Counted from the first letter of the stretch, positions 19,710 through 30,737 are shown. The stretch is 64,000 nucleotides of DNA from Deltaproteobacteria bacterium (GCA_038150265.1 JAYOTF010000018.1:2458-66457), one strand, 5' to 3'. The notes: generated from the letters alone by a model not told the origin. Made by a program: numbers and translations.

Positions 19710-21435
19710 CCTCTTTGCCTGGAAGCGTCGCCCGGAAAACGGCTACGACCTTCAGCCCATCCGCGCGCCTCGCCTGGCACGGCGGTCCCTGCGCTGGGCC
19801 TATTACCTGTCTCGGACTCCCGGAATTGGCCGAATCCTTTCCCTGATCCTCCTGAAAAACATCGGCCTTGGGCGGCTCCGGAAGCGATCCCTCACGCAGG
19901 CGCCGACGTTCCGTTCGGTCCACCCCCCGCCTTCAGAGGCGCCTGACGAAGCCAAAGCCACCGCTTCCCGGACCCGCTTTCAGGACTGGTGTGCCCAGGC
20001 GATTTCTCCGTCTGATTCCGGTTTCTTCCCAGAGACCGTGGCTGACTTTGCTCACGCCTACCGTTCCGGAAGGACCACGCCCCTGAAGGTCGCCCAGCGC
20101 CTCCTGGATGTCATCCGGAACCTCGAAAGCAGCGCCGTTCCGCTGCGGCCGCTGGTCGCATGGGATGAGGAAAACCTGCTCCGGCAGGCTCATGACGCGA
20201 CCCAGCGCCTGGAAGCCGGCACGCCGTTTGGCCTGTGGGATGGTGTTCCGGTGGCCATCAAGGATGAGTTTCACCTCAACGGCCTTCCCACTCAGGTGGG
20301 AACCCGGCTCTTTGAAGACGTCGTCCGCCGAGACACGTCCGTGGTGGGGACGTTCCGTAAGGAAGGCGCGCTGCTGATCGGCAAGGCGCACATGCAGGAG
20401 CTGGGGCTGGGCGTCAACGGGTACTCCTCGGCTTCAGGCATTCCCCGGAACCCCTACAACCCCGAATGCTTCCCCGGCGGCTCCTCCGGAGGCTCTGCTG
20501 TCGCTGTGGCCGCGGGGCTCTGCCCGGTTGCGCTTTCGGCGGATGCTGGCGGATCCATTCGGGTGCCGGCGAGCCTGTGTGGTCTGGCCGGATTGAAGCC
20601 AACCTGGGGCCGAGTGAGCACCCACGGAAAGGTTCAGCTAGGGTGGACCCTGGGACACGTGGGCCCCATTGGAGCAACGGTCCGCGACACGGCGCTGGCG
20701 TACGCGCTCATTGGCGGAGCGTCTACCGAGGACCCCTGGACCCGGTTTCAGCCACCGATCACCCTCCCGGATCCGGAACAGCTGATGCCCCAACCGCTTC
20801 GCCTGGGCGTCTTCCCCCCCTGGTTTGAGAGCGCCCACACCGATGTGCTGGACCAGTGCCAGGGCGCACTGCAGCAGCTGGAAGAGCTGGGGGCCGAACG
20901 CCGCGAGGTCCGGATTACGTCACTGGACACGGTCCGCAGCGCCTTGCTGGTCACGTTGCTCTCCGAAACCTCGGCGCTGGCCCAGACCTTCCGGAAGCAG
21001 TGGAAGCACCTGAACCGAGAGGCGCTGATGAACCTCCACCTGACCCGCTGGCTGCGCTCGGGGGACTACCTTCAGGCCCAACGCGTCCGGACGGCTTTGC
21101 TGGAAGAGCTGGCCGAGTTGTTTGAAGACATCGACCTCCTGGTTACGCCGTCCACCGCGATCACGGCTCCCAGGATCCGGGAAGACGTTCAGGAGTCGGG
21201 AGAGTCCGACCTGGCCACCGCATCGCAGCTGATTCAGTTCATGCCTCCTGCAAGCCTCAGCGGCTACCCCGCCCTGACGCTTCCGGTCGGATACACGCCG
21301 GGCGGGATGCCCGTGGGGCTGCAGCTCATGGCTGCGCCTTGGCAAGAGGCCCTGCTGCTGGGCGTGGGGATGGCGCTGGAGGCCCAGATGCCCAAACAGC
21401 CCCCGATGCTGCACTACCGCCTGCTGCCTCAGTAA
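19699..21435 (+). CDS. Amidase-signature enzyme, fatty acid amide hydrolase (plant FAAH)-like
   Basis: VAIKDE, PGGSSGGSA and DAGGSIRVPAS (Lys-Ser-Ser triad); N-terminal YDLQPIRAPRL extension; start overlaps the kinase stop. Confidence 0.85.
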   Translation: MLPSLFAWKRRPENGYDLQPIRAPRLARRSLRWAYYLSRTPGIGRILSLILLKNIGLGRLRKRSLTQAPTFRSVHPPPSEAPDEAKATASRTRFQDWCAQAISPSDSGFFPETVADFAHAYRSGRTTPLKVAQRLLDVIRNLESSAVPLRPLVAWDEENLLRQAHDATQRLEAGTPFGLWDGVPVAIKDEFHLNGLPTQVGTRLFEDVVRRDTSVVGTFRKEGALLIGKAHMQELGLGVNGYSSASGIPRNPYNPECFPGGSSGGSAVAVAAGLCPVALSADAGGSIRVPASLCGLAGLKPTWGRVSTHGKVQLGWTLGHVGPIGATVRDTALAYALIGGASTEDPWTRFQPPITLPDPEQLMPQPLRLGVFPPWFESAHTDVLDQCQGALQQLEELGAERREVRITSLDTVRSALLVTLLSETSALAQTFRKQWKHLNREALMNLHLTRWLRSGDYLQAQRVRTALLEELAELFEDIDLLVTPSTAITAPRIREDVQESGESDLATASQLIQFMPPASLSGYPALTLPVGYTPGGMPVGLQLMAAPWQEALLLGVGMALEAQMPKQPPMLHYRLLPQ

Positions 21436-21950
21436 GCCAGCCCGAGCTTCTGCAGTTTGGGACGGATCACAAAGCCACAGTAGCCGGCTCCCGGATTGCG
21501 ACGATAATACCCTTGATGGTACTCCTCAGCCGGATAGAATTCTGGAGCGGGAGCAAGCTCGGTCACAATCGGATCCGCAAAGGCCGCGGAGGCTTTTTCC
21601 CGAGAGGCCTGGGCCTGAGCCTGCTGGCTGTCATCGTGATAAAAGATCACCGAGCGGTACTGGGTGCCCACATCGGCGCCCTGGCGATTGAGCGTGGTGG
21701 GGTCATGACAGCGCCAGAAGAGCTCCAGCAGCGCCTCATACGACGTCTGTTCCGGATCAAAGTGCACCTGAACGACTTCGGCATGTCCGGTGGCACCGGT
21801 ACAGACCTGCTCATACGTCGGGTGTTCCACGGCTCCTCCGGCGTACCCCGAGACCACTCGCTCGACCCCAGGCTGTTGCTCATAAACCGCTTCCAGGCAC
21901 CAGAAGCATCCACCTCCCAGGGTGGCCACCTGCTCTTGAGACATATACAT
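21429..21950 (-). CDS. msrA: Peptide methionine sulfoxide reductase A
   Basis: GGCFWC, TGHAE, GTQYRS, AEEYHQ. Confidence 0.96.
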   Translation of the reverse strand: MYMSQEQVATLGGGCFWCLEAVYEQQPGVERVVSGYAGGAVEHPTYEQVCTGATGHAEVVQVHFDPEQTSYEALLELFWRCHDPTTLNRQGADVGTQYRSVIFYHDDSQQAQAQASREKASAAFADPIVTELAPAPEFYPAEEYHQGYYRRNPGAGYCGFVIRPKLQKLGLAY

Positions 21951-22019
21951 CTCCTAACTGAAGGTTGATCGGACATCCGCTGATCTGCCCCTTGAACGGC
22001 ATTACAAACGGTAGGCACT

Positions 22020-22379
22020 ATGAAAATCGTCGAAGGTTACCTCGGCTCTGACATCTTGATCGAAGGAAGCCTGTTTTCCAAGCAGGGAACCCGAATTGAT
22101 GGAACCTGCGTGGGCACCATCACCTGCGAAAGCAACGTGGACGTGGGCGCTTCGGCGGTGGTACGGGGCACCATTCATGGGGAGACGGTGCAGGTGAGCG
22201 GGCACATTGAAGGGGAGGTTCTGGCATCACAACGCCTGACCGTGTTGCGGCAGGCTCAGGTCAAGGGCACCTTGATTACCCGACCCGGGGGGCTGAGCAT
22301 GGACAATGGGGGACGCTTTGAGGGGGGCTTCGTCATGAGAGACGTTCCCACCCCCAAGGAAGAAGACCCAGAGGCGTGA
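22020..22379 (+). CDS. Bactofilin (polymer-forming cytoskeletal protein)
   Basis: RIDG...G.I beta-helix repeats, GGRFEG. Confidence 0.85.
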   Translation: MKIVEGYLGSDILIEGSLFSKQGTRIDGTCVGTITCESNVDVGASAVVRGTIHGETVQVSGHIEGEVLASQRLTVLRQAQVKGTLITRPGGLSMDNGGRFEGGFVMRDVPTPKEEDPEA

Positions 22380-22391
22380 CGCCTTCCGGAC

Positions 22392-23048
22392 TCAGGCGGT
22401 GGTGGCCACCGGCTTCGGAGCCGAAGCGCCTCCTTGCGGAGCGGCAGCAGCTTGTGGAGCAGCAGCGGCTTGTGGCGCCAGGTTGGCCATCGGGTTGACC
22501 GTCACAGAGGTCAACGGCGGGGCGCCCGCAGGCTCTGCCTGGGCTCCGCTGGGCTTCACTCCGGAAGAAGTTGCCGGGACGGAGGCGGTGCGCGAGTAGG
22601 TCCCTGCGCTCTGGTTGGCTCCGCGCATCAGCTTGGCAAACTCCGGATGCCGGAGCAGCTGCAGCACCTCACCGCGCTTGTCTGATTCCTGCAGCCCCTT
22701 CTTGATCGTTGCAACCAGCTGATCCACAAATGGCTGCTCCGGATCCAGGTCCAGTCGCTTGACCTCGTTCAGCTGCTTCAGGGCGCTCAGGGCCCGCTCG
22801 TCCAGCGGTTTCAGCTCCTTGGTCACCGCCTTCCCAAATCCCTCAACCAGCACCTCCGGAAGCCCCTCGTCGGTGATCATGGCTTCCATGCGGGTCAAGA
22901 TTTTGAGGTACTCCGAGGTCCGGTTCGCCGTGTCGCCGGCCACCGGAACCGCGGCCTCCGGAGTCGCAGGAGGCGCGCCTTTGGACGCAAGGAGTTCCGG
23001 TTTTTTCGGGCTCTCTGATGTGCCTGGGGTCTGTGTGCTGATTTGCAT
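22392..23048 (-). CDS. Hypothetical protein with Pro/Ala-rich termini
   Basis: 218-aa ORF with GAGG RBS, helical core, PQAAAA repeats. Confidence 0.7.
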   Translation of the reverse strand: MQISTQTPGTSESPKKPELLASKGAPPATPEAAVPVAGDTANRTSEYLKILTRMEAMITDEGLPEVLVEGFGKAVTKELKPLDERALSALKQLNEVKRLDLDPEQPFVDQLVATIKKGLQESDKRGEVLQLLRHPEFAKLMRGANQSAGTYSRTASVPATSSGVKPSGAQAEPAGAPPLTSVTVNPMANLAPQAAAAPQAAAAPQGGASAPKPVATTA

Positions 23049-23184
23049 GGTTCCTCGATAATTTTAGGTACGCTTCCCAGAGAAATTCAAGGAATGGGCC
23101 ACAGGCTTTCCGGCTTGAACACGGAGGGGGGACTCGGAATAATGGCTCCCTTGAAAACCCATCACCTCTTTTTCAGGCCCACAC

Positions 23185-23904
23185 GTGTTGATTCTTCCTG
23201 CAATTGATCTGAAACAAGGGCGGTGCGTCCGCCTGCTGCAAGGCGCGGCGGCGGCAGAAACCGTCTACTCCGACGACCCCGTTGCCATGGCCCAGAAGTT
23301 TGAAGCCGAGGGCGCCCAACGCCTCCACGTGGTGGACCTCGACGGAGCCTTTCAGGGCGCCGGGGCCAACCAGACCTCCATTGCCGCCATCGTCAAGGCC
23401 CTGTCGATTCCGGTGCAGGTGGGGGGAGGCATCCGGACTCGAGAAGACGTGGCGCGGGTGCTGGACCTCGGTGCAACCGCGGCCATTGTGGGAACCATGG
23501 CCGTCAAGCGTCCGGACGACCTGGAAGCCGCGCTGCAGGAATTCGGAGGAGACCGCGTCATCCTGGGGGTGGACTCCCGGAACCGACAGGTGGCCGTGGA
23601 AGGCTGGCAGGAAGGGACGGAGCTTGCCGATGTTCAGTTTGCCCAGCACTGGAAGGAACGGGGCGCCACACGGGTCATCTTCACCGACATTGCCCGAGAC
23701 GGCATGCTGACCGGCCCCAACCTTGAGGCCCTGCAGGACATGGCGGAGCGTTCCGGACTCAGGGTCACGGCCTCCGGAGGGGTTTCCTCGCTGGAAGACC
23801 TGCGGCAGCTCAAGCCCCTGGAAGCCTCTGGCGTGGACCATGTGATTGTCGGGAAAGCCATCTATGAGGGACGCTTCAGCGTTGCGGAGGCCCTCGCATG
23901 CTAG
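23185..23904 (+). CDS. hisA: ProFAR isomerase
   Basis: [41 protein letters not shown]. Confidence 0.96.
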   Translation: MLILPAIDLKQGRCVRLLQGAAAAETVYSDDPVAMAQKFEAEGAQRLHVVDLDGAFQGAGANQTSIAAIVKALSIPVQVGGGIRTREDVARVLDLGATAAIVGTMAVKRPDDLEAALQEFGGDRVILGVDSRNRQVAVEGWQEGTELADVQFAQHWKERGATRVIFTDIARDGMLTGPNLEALQDMAERSGLRVTASGGVSSLEDLRQLKPLEASGVDHVIVGKAIYEGRFSVAEALAC

Positions 23905-24680
23905 CTCGCCGCATCATCCCCTGCCTCGACATCAAGGACGGACGCGTGGTCAAGGGCACCAGCTTTGTCGGCCTCCGGGATGCCGGAGACCCCGTGGAAC
24001 TGGCTCAGCGCTACAATGAGCAGTCGGCTGATGAGTTGGTCTTCCTCGACATTGCGGCCACCCACGAAAACCGGGGCACCACCCTCGAACTTGCGGCACG
24101 CCTGGCCCGAGAGCTGTTCATTCCCTTCACCATCGGAGGAGGCATCTCGACCCTCGACCAGATCCACGCCCTCGTCAGCGCAGGCGCCGACAAGATCTCG
24201 GTCAACTCCTCGGCCCTCAAGAATCCAGCCCTCATCACGGAAGGCGCCAAACGGTTTGGAAGCCAGTGCATTGTGGTCGCCATTGACGCCAAGCGCGTTT
24301 CGGACGACCCGCTCCGTTGGGAAATCTTTACCCACGGTGGGCGTCGCTCCACCGGACGGGACGCCCTGGAGTGGGCTCAGGAAGCCTACGACCGGGGGGC
24401 TGGTGAGATTCTCCTCACCAGCATGGATGCCGACGGCCACCAGGATGGCTTCGACAACACGCTCAATGCTGCTGTCAGCGACCGGGTGGGCATTCCCGTG
24501 ATCGCCTCCGGAGGCGGGGGCACGCTGGAGCACTTCCGAGATGCCCTCACCGTTGGCAAGGCCGACGCCGTTTTGGCGGCCTCGGTGTTCCATTACGGCA
24601 AGTACACCGTCTCGCAGGTCAAGGACTTCCTTGCTGCAGCCGGCCTGCCGGTTCGACCTCCGGAAGCAGCCCGCTCATGA
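23898..24680 (+). CDS. hisF: Imidazole glycerol phosphate synthase cyclase subunit
   Basis: [30 protein letters not shown]. Confidence 0.97.
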   Translation: MLARRIIPCLDIKDGRVVKGTSFVGLRDAGDPVELAQRYNEQSADELVFLDIAATHENRGTTLELAARLARELFIPFTIGGGISTLDQIHALVSAGADKISVNSSALKNPALITEGAKRFGSQCIVVAIDAKRVSDDPLRWEIFTHGGRRSTGRDALEWAQEAYDRGAGEILLTSMDADGHQDGFDNTLNAAVSDRVGIPVIASGGGGTLEHFRDALTVGKADAVLAASVFHYGKYTVSQVKDFLAAAGLPVRPPEAARS

Positions 24681-25303
24681 TCATCAAAATCTGTGGCCTC
24701 ACGTCCCCTCAGCAGGCGCTGGCCTGTGCCCAGCTGGGCGCCGATTGGCTGGGCCTCAACTGCTGGCCCGGCTCCAAGCGCTACATTCCGCTGGAAACGG
24801 TTCGGGGCATCACGTCTGCGCTTCCGGAACACGTGGTCACCGTGGGGGTCTTTGTGAATGCCTCCCACACCGAAATTGAGGAAACCGTTCAGCAGGGGGG
24901 GCTCCACTGGGCTCAGTTGCATGGAGACGAAACACCGGAGTTTGCCCAGGCCCTCAAGGTGCCGTGGTTCCGGGCCTTTCGGGTGGGGCCTCAGTTTCAG
25001 GAGACAGACCTTGCGGCATACGGGCACGAGCCCGTTCTGCTGGATGCGTGGCATCCGGGGGAATATGGGGGGACCGGCTTGCAGACCGACCTCGCAGTGG
25101 CCCAGCGCTGTGCGGCAGCCACTCAGGTCCTTCTGGCAGGGGGGCTGAATCCGGAAAACGTCGGGACGGCGATTGAGGCGGTTCGTCCGTGGGGGGTGGA
25201 TGTCGCCAGCGGCGTCGAGTCGGCGCCAGGCGTGAAGGACCTGGTGAAGGTCCAGGCCTTCATTGACGAGGCCCGAGCCGCAGGAGCCCGGGCGCAGGGG
25301 TAG
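24677..25303 (+). CDS. trpF: Phosphoribosylanthranilate isomerase
   Basis: [31 protein letters not shown]. Confidence 0.95.
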   Translation: MIIKICGLTSPQQALACAQLGADWLGLNCWPGSKRYIPLETVRGITSALPEHVVTVGVFVNASHTEIEETVQQGGLHWAQLHGDETPEFAQALKVPWFRAFRVGPQFQETDLAAYGHEPVLLDAWHPGEYGGTGLQTDLAVAQRCAAATQVLLAGGLNPENVGTAIEAVRPWGVDVASGVESAPGVKDLVKVQAFIDEARAAGARAQG

Positions 25304-25306
25304 GGC

Positions 25307-26386
25307 TTAGAGCGCGTCGAGGGCCTTGAGCACCTGCTCGCCCATGGCTTTGCAGCCAACGGCTTCTTTTCCGGGGGCCATGATGTCGCCAGTCCGGTGC
25401 GTCTCCAGGGTCTTCACCACTGCTTGCTGGATCAGCTCATCTGCTGCCGTCAGGTCAAAGGAGTAACGGAACATCATGCCCACTGAGAGGATCGTTGCCA
25501 GCGGGTTGGCCTTGTCCTGTCCGGCAATGTCGGGGGCGCTGCCGTGAACGGGCTCGTACATGCCGATGGTGCCTCCGATGCTCGCGGACGGGAGCATGCC
25601 GATGGAGCCGGTCATCATCGCTGCCGCGTCACTGAGGATGTCTCCAAACATGTTGGTGGTCACGACGGTGTCAAACTGCTTGGGCGCCCGGATGAGCTGC
25701 ATGGCGGCGTTGTCGACATACATGTGGTTCAGCTCCACGTCAGGATAATCCTGCGACACTTCCACCACCACGTCTCGCCACAGCTCAGTCGACTCCAGCA
25801 CGTTGGCCTTGTCCACAGAGGTCAGGCGCTTGTTGCGCTTCATCGCAATCTCGAAGCCCATCTTGGCAATCCGCCGAATCTCCGACTCTGAGTAGACCAG
25901 GGTGTTCCGTCCCACGCGCTCGCCGTTCTCTTCAGCCACTCCTCGGGGGTGTCCAAAGTAGATCCCTCCGGTCAGCTCCCGGATGACCATGATGTCCGCC
26001 CCTTCCACCACCTCGCGCTTCAGGGTGGAGGCATCCACCAGGTCTCCGTAAATCACGGCCGGACGCAGGTTGGCAAACAGCTGCAGTTCCGAACGCAGCT
26101 TGAGCAGCCCCCGCTCCGGACGGACGGAGAAGTCGAGCGGCTCCCACTTGGGTCCTCCCACTGCGCCCAGCAGCACCGCGTCGGCCTCCTTGCAGGCGTC
26201 CAGGGTCTCGTCCGGAATCGGTGTTCCAGCCAGGTCGTAGGCGGTGCCCCCCACCGGATGCTCACTCAGCTCCAGTTCCAGGTCAAAGCGCGAGGCCACC
26301 GCCTTCATGACCTGAATTGCCTGTTCTGTGACTTCTTGTCCAATGCCGTCACCCGGAGTAACGGCGATCTTCTTCTTGGTTGCCAT
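25307..26386 (-). CDS. leuB: 3-isopropylmalate dehydrogenase
   Basis: [44 protein letters not shown]. Confidence 0.97.
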   Translation of the reverse strand: MATKKKIAVTPGDGIGQEVTEQAIQVMKAVASRFDLELELSEHPVGGTAYDLAGTPIPDETLDACKEADAVLLGAVGGPKWEPLDFSVRPERGLLKLRSELQLFANLRPAVIYGDLVDASTLKREVVEGADIMVIRELTGGIYFGHPRGVAEENGERVGRNTLVYSESEIRRIAKMGFEIAMKRNKRLTSVDKANVLESTELWRDVVVEVSQDYPDVELNHMYVDNAAMQLIRAPKQFDTVVTTNMFGDILSDAAAMMTGSIGMLPSASIGGTIGMYEPVHGSAPDIAGQDKANPLATILSVGMMFRYSFDLTAADELIQQAVVKTLETHRTGDIMAPGKEAVGCKAMGEQVLKALDAL

Positions 26387-26511
26387 GCGTTTGCCTTGGT
26401 TCAATCAAATCAGGTGGTTTGGGGAGGGCTCCCCAGTGTGGCGGAAAATCCGTGCAAACCGATCATTTTAGGGAGGAACGGACCCGCAGGCAAGCCAAAC
26501 TGCTCGGAGGA

Positions 26512-27156
26512 TCAGGCCCGGATGAAGGCGTTGAAGCGCATCTCGCGACCGATGCTGGTGGGATCGCCATGTCCCGTGACCACCTGGGTGGCTTCGTCGA
26601 GGGTATAAAGCCGCTCACGGATGGAGCGCTCAATGGTGGAGTAATCGCCTCCCCAGAGGTCGGTACGACCGATGGAGCCCTGAAAGAGGGTATCGCCGGC
26701 GACCAGCAGCTGCTCGCTTTCAAAGTGAAAGCACATGGAGCCGGGCGTGTGCCCAGGGGTATGAATGGCGACCCCACAGCAGTTGGGCAGCGTCACTTCC
26801 TCCTCATGCTCCAGCTCCTTGTCTGGCGCCGGAACGGGCTCATACGGAATGCCGAAGAAGCGGCACTGATCCTCCAGATGATCCCAGAGCATGCGGTCCT
26901 CCGGATGCAGCGACAGGGTGGCGCCCGTGGCTTCCTTCATCTTTCCAGATGCCATGAAGTGGTCGAGGTGCGCGTGGGTGTGGAGGATGTGGACCACCTC
27001 CAGCTGGTGCTGCCGCAGGCGTTCCAGAATCTGCTCCGCATCTCCTCCGGGATCAATGACCACGGCCTTGCGCGTGATCGGGTCTCCCAGAATCGTGCAG
27101 TTGCACTGCAGGGGGCCAACGGGAAAGGTTTCCGTGATCATGCGGGGCGCTTCCAT
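26512..27156 (-). CDS. MBL-fold metallo-hydrolase (glyoxalase II/GloC-like)
   Basis: THAHLDH, HTPGHTPG, GDTLF..SIGRTD; TGATG-coupled to topA. Confidence 0.9.
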   Translation of the reverse strand: MEAPRMITETFPVGPLQCNCTILGDPITRKAVVIDPGGDAEQILERLRQHQLEVVHILHTHAHLDHFMASGKMKEATGATLSLHPEDRMLWDHLEDQCRFFGIPYEPVPAPDKELEHEEEVTLPNCCGVAIHTPGHTPGSMCFHFESEQLLVAGDTLFQGSIGRTDLWGGDYSTIERSIRERLYTLDEATQVVTGHGDPTSIGREMRFNAFIRA

Positions 27157-29489
27157 CAGTCCTCCGCCTTGGCACGTTTGCGGGTGAAGCGCTTCTTGGT
27201 GCCCGGAGGCGGGGCCTCTTCAATGATCTTCCGGCAGGCCGGCTCATCAAGCGACGCGGCTTCCACATCCTTCGGGATCTTGTAGTTGCGCTTGTTGAAC
27301 TTGATGTACGGGCCATAAGGGCCATTGAGGACCTGAACTTCGCCGAAGTCGTGGATGGTCTTCTTGGCCTTGGCTTCCTCGCTTTCCTTGATGATCTCCA
27401 GCGCCCGCTCCAGGTCCACGGAGAAGGGATCCTCGCCTTTGGGCAACGAGTGGTACGCGCTCCCGGTCTTCACATAGGGGCCAAAGCGCCCACGTCCCAC
27501 CGAAATGAGCTGCCCCTCGGGGTTCTCTCCCAGGTCCCGGGGCAACGCGAAGCACCCGAGGGCGTCCTCCAGCGTCAACTCGTGCATGCTCCGGCCTTCC
27601 GGAATGGAGGCAAACTTGGGCTTTTCCTCATCGTCTTTTGTCCCAATCTGCACCATCGGACCAAAGCGTCCAATCCGGACACTGACCTCGCGTCCGGACT
27701 TCGGATCCACGCCCAGCACCCGAGCCTGAATGGCCTCAGCGCGGGTCACCGACTTTTCCTTCTCGTCAATGCGCTGGTGGAAGGGGAAGTAGAACCCGCC
27801 CATGGTCGCGACCCAGTCTTCCTCACCGTTTGCAATCCGGTCGAAGTTCCGCTCCATCTTGGCCGTGAAGCCCGGGTTGACGATTTCGGCAAAGTGATTG
27901 GTCAGGAAGTCATTGACCACCTCTCCAATGTCTGTGGGCCGGAGCTTGCCGTCCTCGGTCTTTTCCACATACTTGCGGTCCTGAATGACAGAAATGGTCG
28001 GCGCATAGGTGGAAGGTCGCCCAATGCCTTCGGCTTCCAGCTTCTTCACCAGGGTCGCCTCCGTGAAGCGGGCTGGCGGCTTGGTGAAGTGCTGCTCCTT
28101 GGTCGGGTTCGTCTGGGGCGTGCCGTCGTCCCTGGGCTGCGGAGGCACCAGGGTGAGGGCCTGGCCCTCCTTGAGTGGAGGCAGCAGCACATCTTTTTCG
28201 CCAAGCACCTGATTCGGATCTTCCTTCGCCTTGAGGTAGGCGCTGAGGAAGCCCGGAAAGAGGATGCGCTGCCCCTTGGCTTCCAGCAGGCATTCCTGAT
28301 CGGTGCCGGCGGCAATGCGAACGGTGCTGCGCGCAAAGCGAGCAGGCGCCATCTGACACGCCACCGCGCGGCGCCAGATCAGCTCATAAAGCCGGAACAG
28401 GTCGCGGCTGAGGTGGGCCTGCACGATCTCTGGCGTATAAGAGACATCCACCGGACGGATGGCCTCGTGCGCTTCCTGGGCATTTTTCGAGCGATTCTTG
28501 AAGCGCCGGGGCTCCTTGGCCACATGGTCCTCGCCAAAGCGCTTCCCAATCACTTCCCGGATCTGAGTGACCGCCTCTTCGGCCAGGGTCACCGAGTCGG
28601 TCCGCATGTAGGTGATCAGGCCCCCGCTGTAGTCCGGGATCTCGAAGTTCCCCTCATAGAGCTGTTGGGCCAGCGTCATGGTGCGCTTGACGGAGTAGCT
28701 CAGCTTGTTGGCTGCCTCCTGCTGCAGGGTCGACGTGGTAAAGGGGGCCGGAGGCTGCCGGAGGGCTTCACGCTCATCCACGCTCTGGACCGCAAATGCT
28801 CCGGCTTTCAGGCTTTCCTCCACAGCGGTCGCTTCGGCCTCAGAACCAATCTTCGCCGCCTTGCCCTGCAGCTTGGTCAGCTCTGCAGAAAAGCCGTCGA
28901 AGGTGGCAGAGAGCTTCCAGTACTCCTCCGGGACAAACTTGCGGATCTCCTTCTCCCGGTCGGCAATGAGCCGAACCGCAACGCTCTGGACCCGTCCAGC
29001 CGAAAGCCCGGGCCGCACCTTCTTCCACAGCAGGGGTGACAGCTCGTACCCCACGGCACGGTCGAGCAACCGACGCGCCTGCTGGGCGTCCACGAGGTGC
29101 CGGTCGACCTGCCGGGGATTGTTGAGCGCCTGCAAGATGGCCGTTTTGGTGATCTCATGAAAGACGATTCGCTTCACCCGCTCCTCTTCCAGTCCCAGCG
29201 CATGCATGAGGTGCCAGGAAATCGACTCCCCTTCACGGTCCTCGTCGGTTGCGAGGTAGACCAGGGTGTCCTTCTTCAGGTGCTTGCGAATGTCCTTGAT
29301 GACCTTCTCTTTATCTTTGGAAACCTCATAGTCGGGGATAAACCCCTGTTCGGGATCAAATCCGAGTTTCCGCTCAGGGAGGTCGCGTACGTGTCCCATG
29401 GAGGCGACAACGGCGTAGTCCTCTCCCAGGAACTTGCTTATGGTCCGGGCCTTGGCCGGAGATTCAACGATGATCAGCGAGCTTGGCAT
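27156..29489 (-). CDS. topA: DNA topoisomerase I (type IA) with C-terminal Toprim_C repeats and no Zn ribbons
   Basis: IVESPAK, ATDEDREGE, SAGRVQS, ITYMRTD, GIGRPSTY, repeated GR(F/Y)GP motifs. Confidence 0.96.
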   Translation of the reverse strand: MPSSLIIVESPAKARTISKFLGEDYAVVASMGHVRDLPERKLGFDPEQGFIPDYEVSKDKEKVIKDIRKHLKKDTLVYLATDEDREGESISWHLMHALGLEEERVKRIVFHEITKTAILQALNNPRQVDRHLVDAQQARRLLDRAVGYELSPLLWKKVRPGLSAGRVQSVAVRLIADREKEIRKFVPEEYWKLSATFDGFSAELTKLQGKAAKIGSEAEATAVEESLKAGAFAVQSVDEREALRQPPAPFTTSTLQQEAANKLSYSVKRTMTLAQQLYEGNFEIPDYSGGLITYMRTDSVTLAEEAVTQIREVIGKRFGEDHVAKEPRRFKNRSKNAQEAHEAIRPVDVSYTPEIVQAHLSRDLFRLYELIWRRAVACQMAPARFARSTVRIAAGTDQECLLEAKGQRILFPGFLSAYLKAKEDPNQVLGEKDVLLPPLKEGQALTLVPPQPRDDGTPQTNPTKEQHFTKPPARFTEATLVKKLEAEGIGRPSTYAPTISVIQDRKYVEKTEDGKLRPTDIGEVVNDFLTNHFAEIVNPGFTAKMERNFDRIANGEEDWVATMGGFYFPFHQRIDEKEKSVTRAEAIQARVLGVDPKSGREVSVRIGRFGPMVQIGTKDDEEKPKFASIPEGRSMHELTLEDALGCFALPRDLGENPEGQLISVGRGRFGPYVKTGSAYHSLPKGEDPFSVDLERALEIIKESEEAKAKKTIHDFGEVQVLNGPYGPYIKFNKRNYKIPKDVEAASLDEPACRKIIEEAPPPGTKKRFTRKRAKAED

Positions 29490-29553
29490 CAGAATAGTGT
29501 CACAGGTGACTTGCTTCCGGAAGCCGTCCGGGGCGCAAGGATAAGGAGTGCCC

Positions 29554-30723
29554 TCAGGGGGCCTGACAGGGGTCCAGGAGCGGATCGTCCTGGCCCAGCA
29601 CCAGACGAGCGGCCAGTTCTCCAAGGGCTTCTGAGGACTTGGCCGCTTTGCCGCATCCTCCTGTGGCGACAGAAAGACCGGGGGCCACGTGATGAACCAG
29701 GGGCTTTCCGGTCTGGGTGTAAACGGTGACGCAGGGTTTGTGGTGCATCGGAGCCTCGGCCACTCCGGGAATCAGGTCCACCAGGGCCTGGCGGAGGGGC
29801 GCTTCGTCTTCCCGGCTGCCTCCACTCTGAAACCAGCGTCTCAATTCGGTTCCGGAAGCAGCAGTCCGCAGCGGGAGGTTGCTGCCGCCAATCTTGACAT
29901 ACACCTTCCCATCCGGATACGGCACCGGCGGAAGGAGGTAGGTGTCTTCCAACCGCGGGTGCTGTTCATAATCCACAAGCAGCGACGGCATGTCCCGCAA
30001 CGTGTCCTGCAGGGCTTCCGATAGCTCTGCCAGGACGACAATGCGGGTCCGGAGCTGAAGCGGCAGCGGCTGAGGCAGGAGTTCATTGACAAACGCGCCT
30101 CCCGTCAGCAGCACCTGATCGGCGTGCCAACGCGAGCCACCAGCAAGCGTGACGTTCCATCCGGAGCGTGCCGGCTCCAGCGCTTCCGCTTGCTCCGGAA
30201 TCCATGTGGCGCCCGCCTGTTGGGCCAGCAACGCCTGAGCGTCAATCAAGCGACGTGGGTTGATCCACCCGGCGGTTCCTGTTTCCAGGTGCCCCCGCAG
30301 CGCCTCAGGGTTGAGCCACGGAAAGCGTTGGGCCAGTTCCGGAGCCTGCAGCGTCTCCAGCGGCAGGTGCAGCGAGCGAGCGACCTCCTGGAGCGCCTGG
30401 TGATGCGCCTGAAAGGTAGGGGCATCGGGCGCCAGTTGCAAGCAGCTTCCCGGATGAAAGAAGGTCACGCCACTGGCAGCTTCCAGCTCGGCATAGCGAT
30501 CGACCGACCGCCGCGCCAGTTCGGCCCAGAAGGGGTCGGCATCAAGCTTCCGGGTAATCCGGGCCTCATCATAGTGACTGGCGAAGACGCCGGAGTGCCG
30601 AGACCAGTCTGCCGGTTCAGGCGGAGCCGCCACGGCAACCGCCTTCCCGGCGTGCGCCAGGTGTTTGGCGGCAGCTGCGCCGATCAGCCCTCCTCCAATG
30701 ACCAGGATCTCGACAGACGTCAT
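29554..30723 (-). CDS. FAD-dependent oxidoreductase, monomeric sarcosine oxidase-like
   Basis: GGGLIG, SHYDEARITR, Cys in PCVTVYT (possible covalent FAD site), GGCGKAAKSS. Confidence 0.8.
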   Translation of the reverse strand: MTSVEILVIGGGLIGAAAAKHLAHAGKAVAVAAPPEPADWSRHSGVFASHYDEARITRKLDADPFWAELARRSVDRYAELEAASGVTFFHPGSCLQLAPDAPTFQAHHQALQEVARSLHLPLETLQAPELAQRFPWLNPEALRGHLETGTAGWINPRRLIDAQALLAQQAGATWIPEQAEALEPARSGWNVTLAGGSRWHADQVLLTGGAFVNELLPQPLPLQLRTRIVVLAELSEALQDTLRDMPSLLVDYEQHPRLEDTYLLPPVPYPDGKVYVKIGGSNLPLRTAASGTELRRWFQSGGSREDEAPLRQALVDLIPGVAEAPMHHKPCVTVYTQTGKPLVHHVAPGLSVATGGCGKAAKSSEALGELAARLVLGQDDPLLDPCQAP

Positions 30724-30737
30724 GGGTTCCGGTGGAC

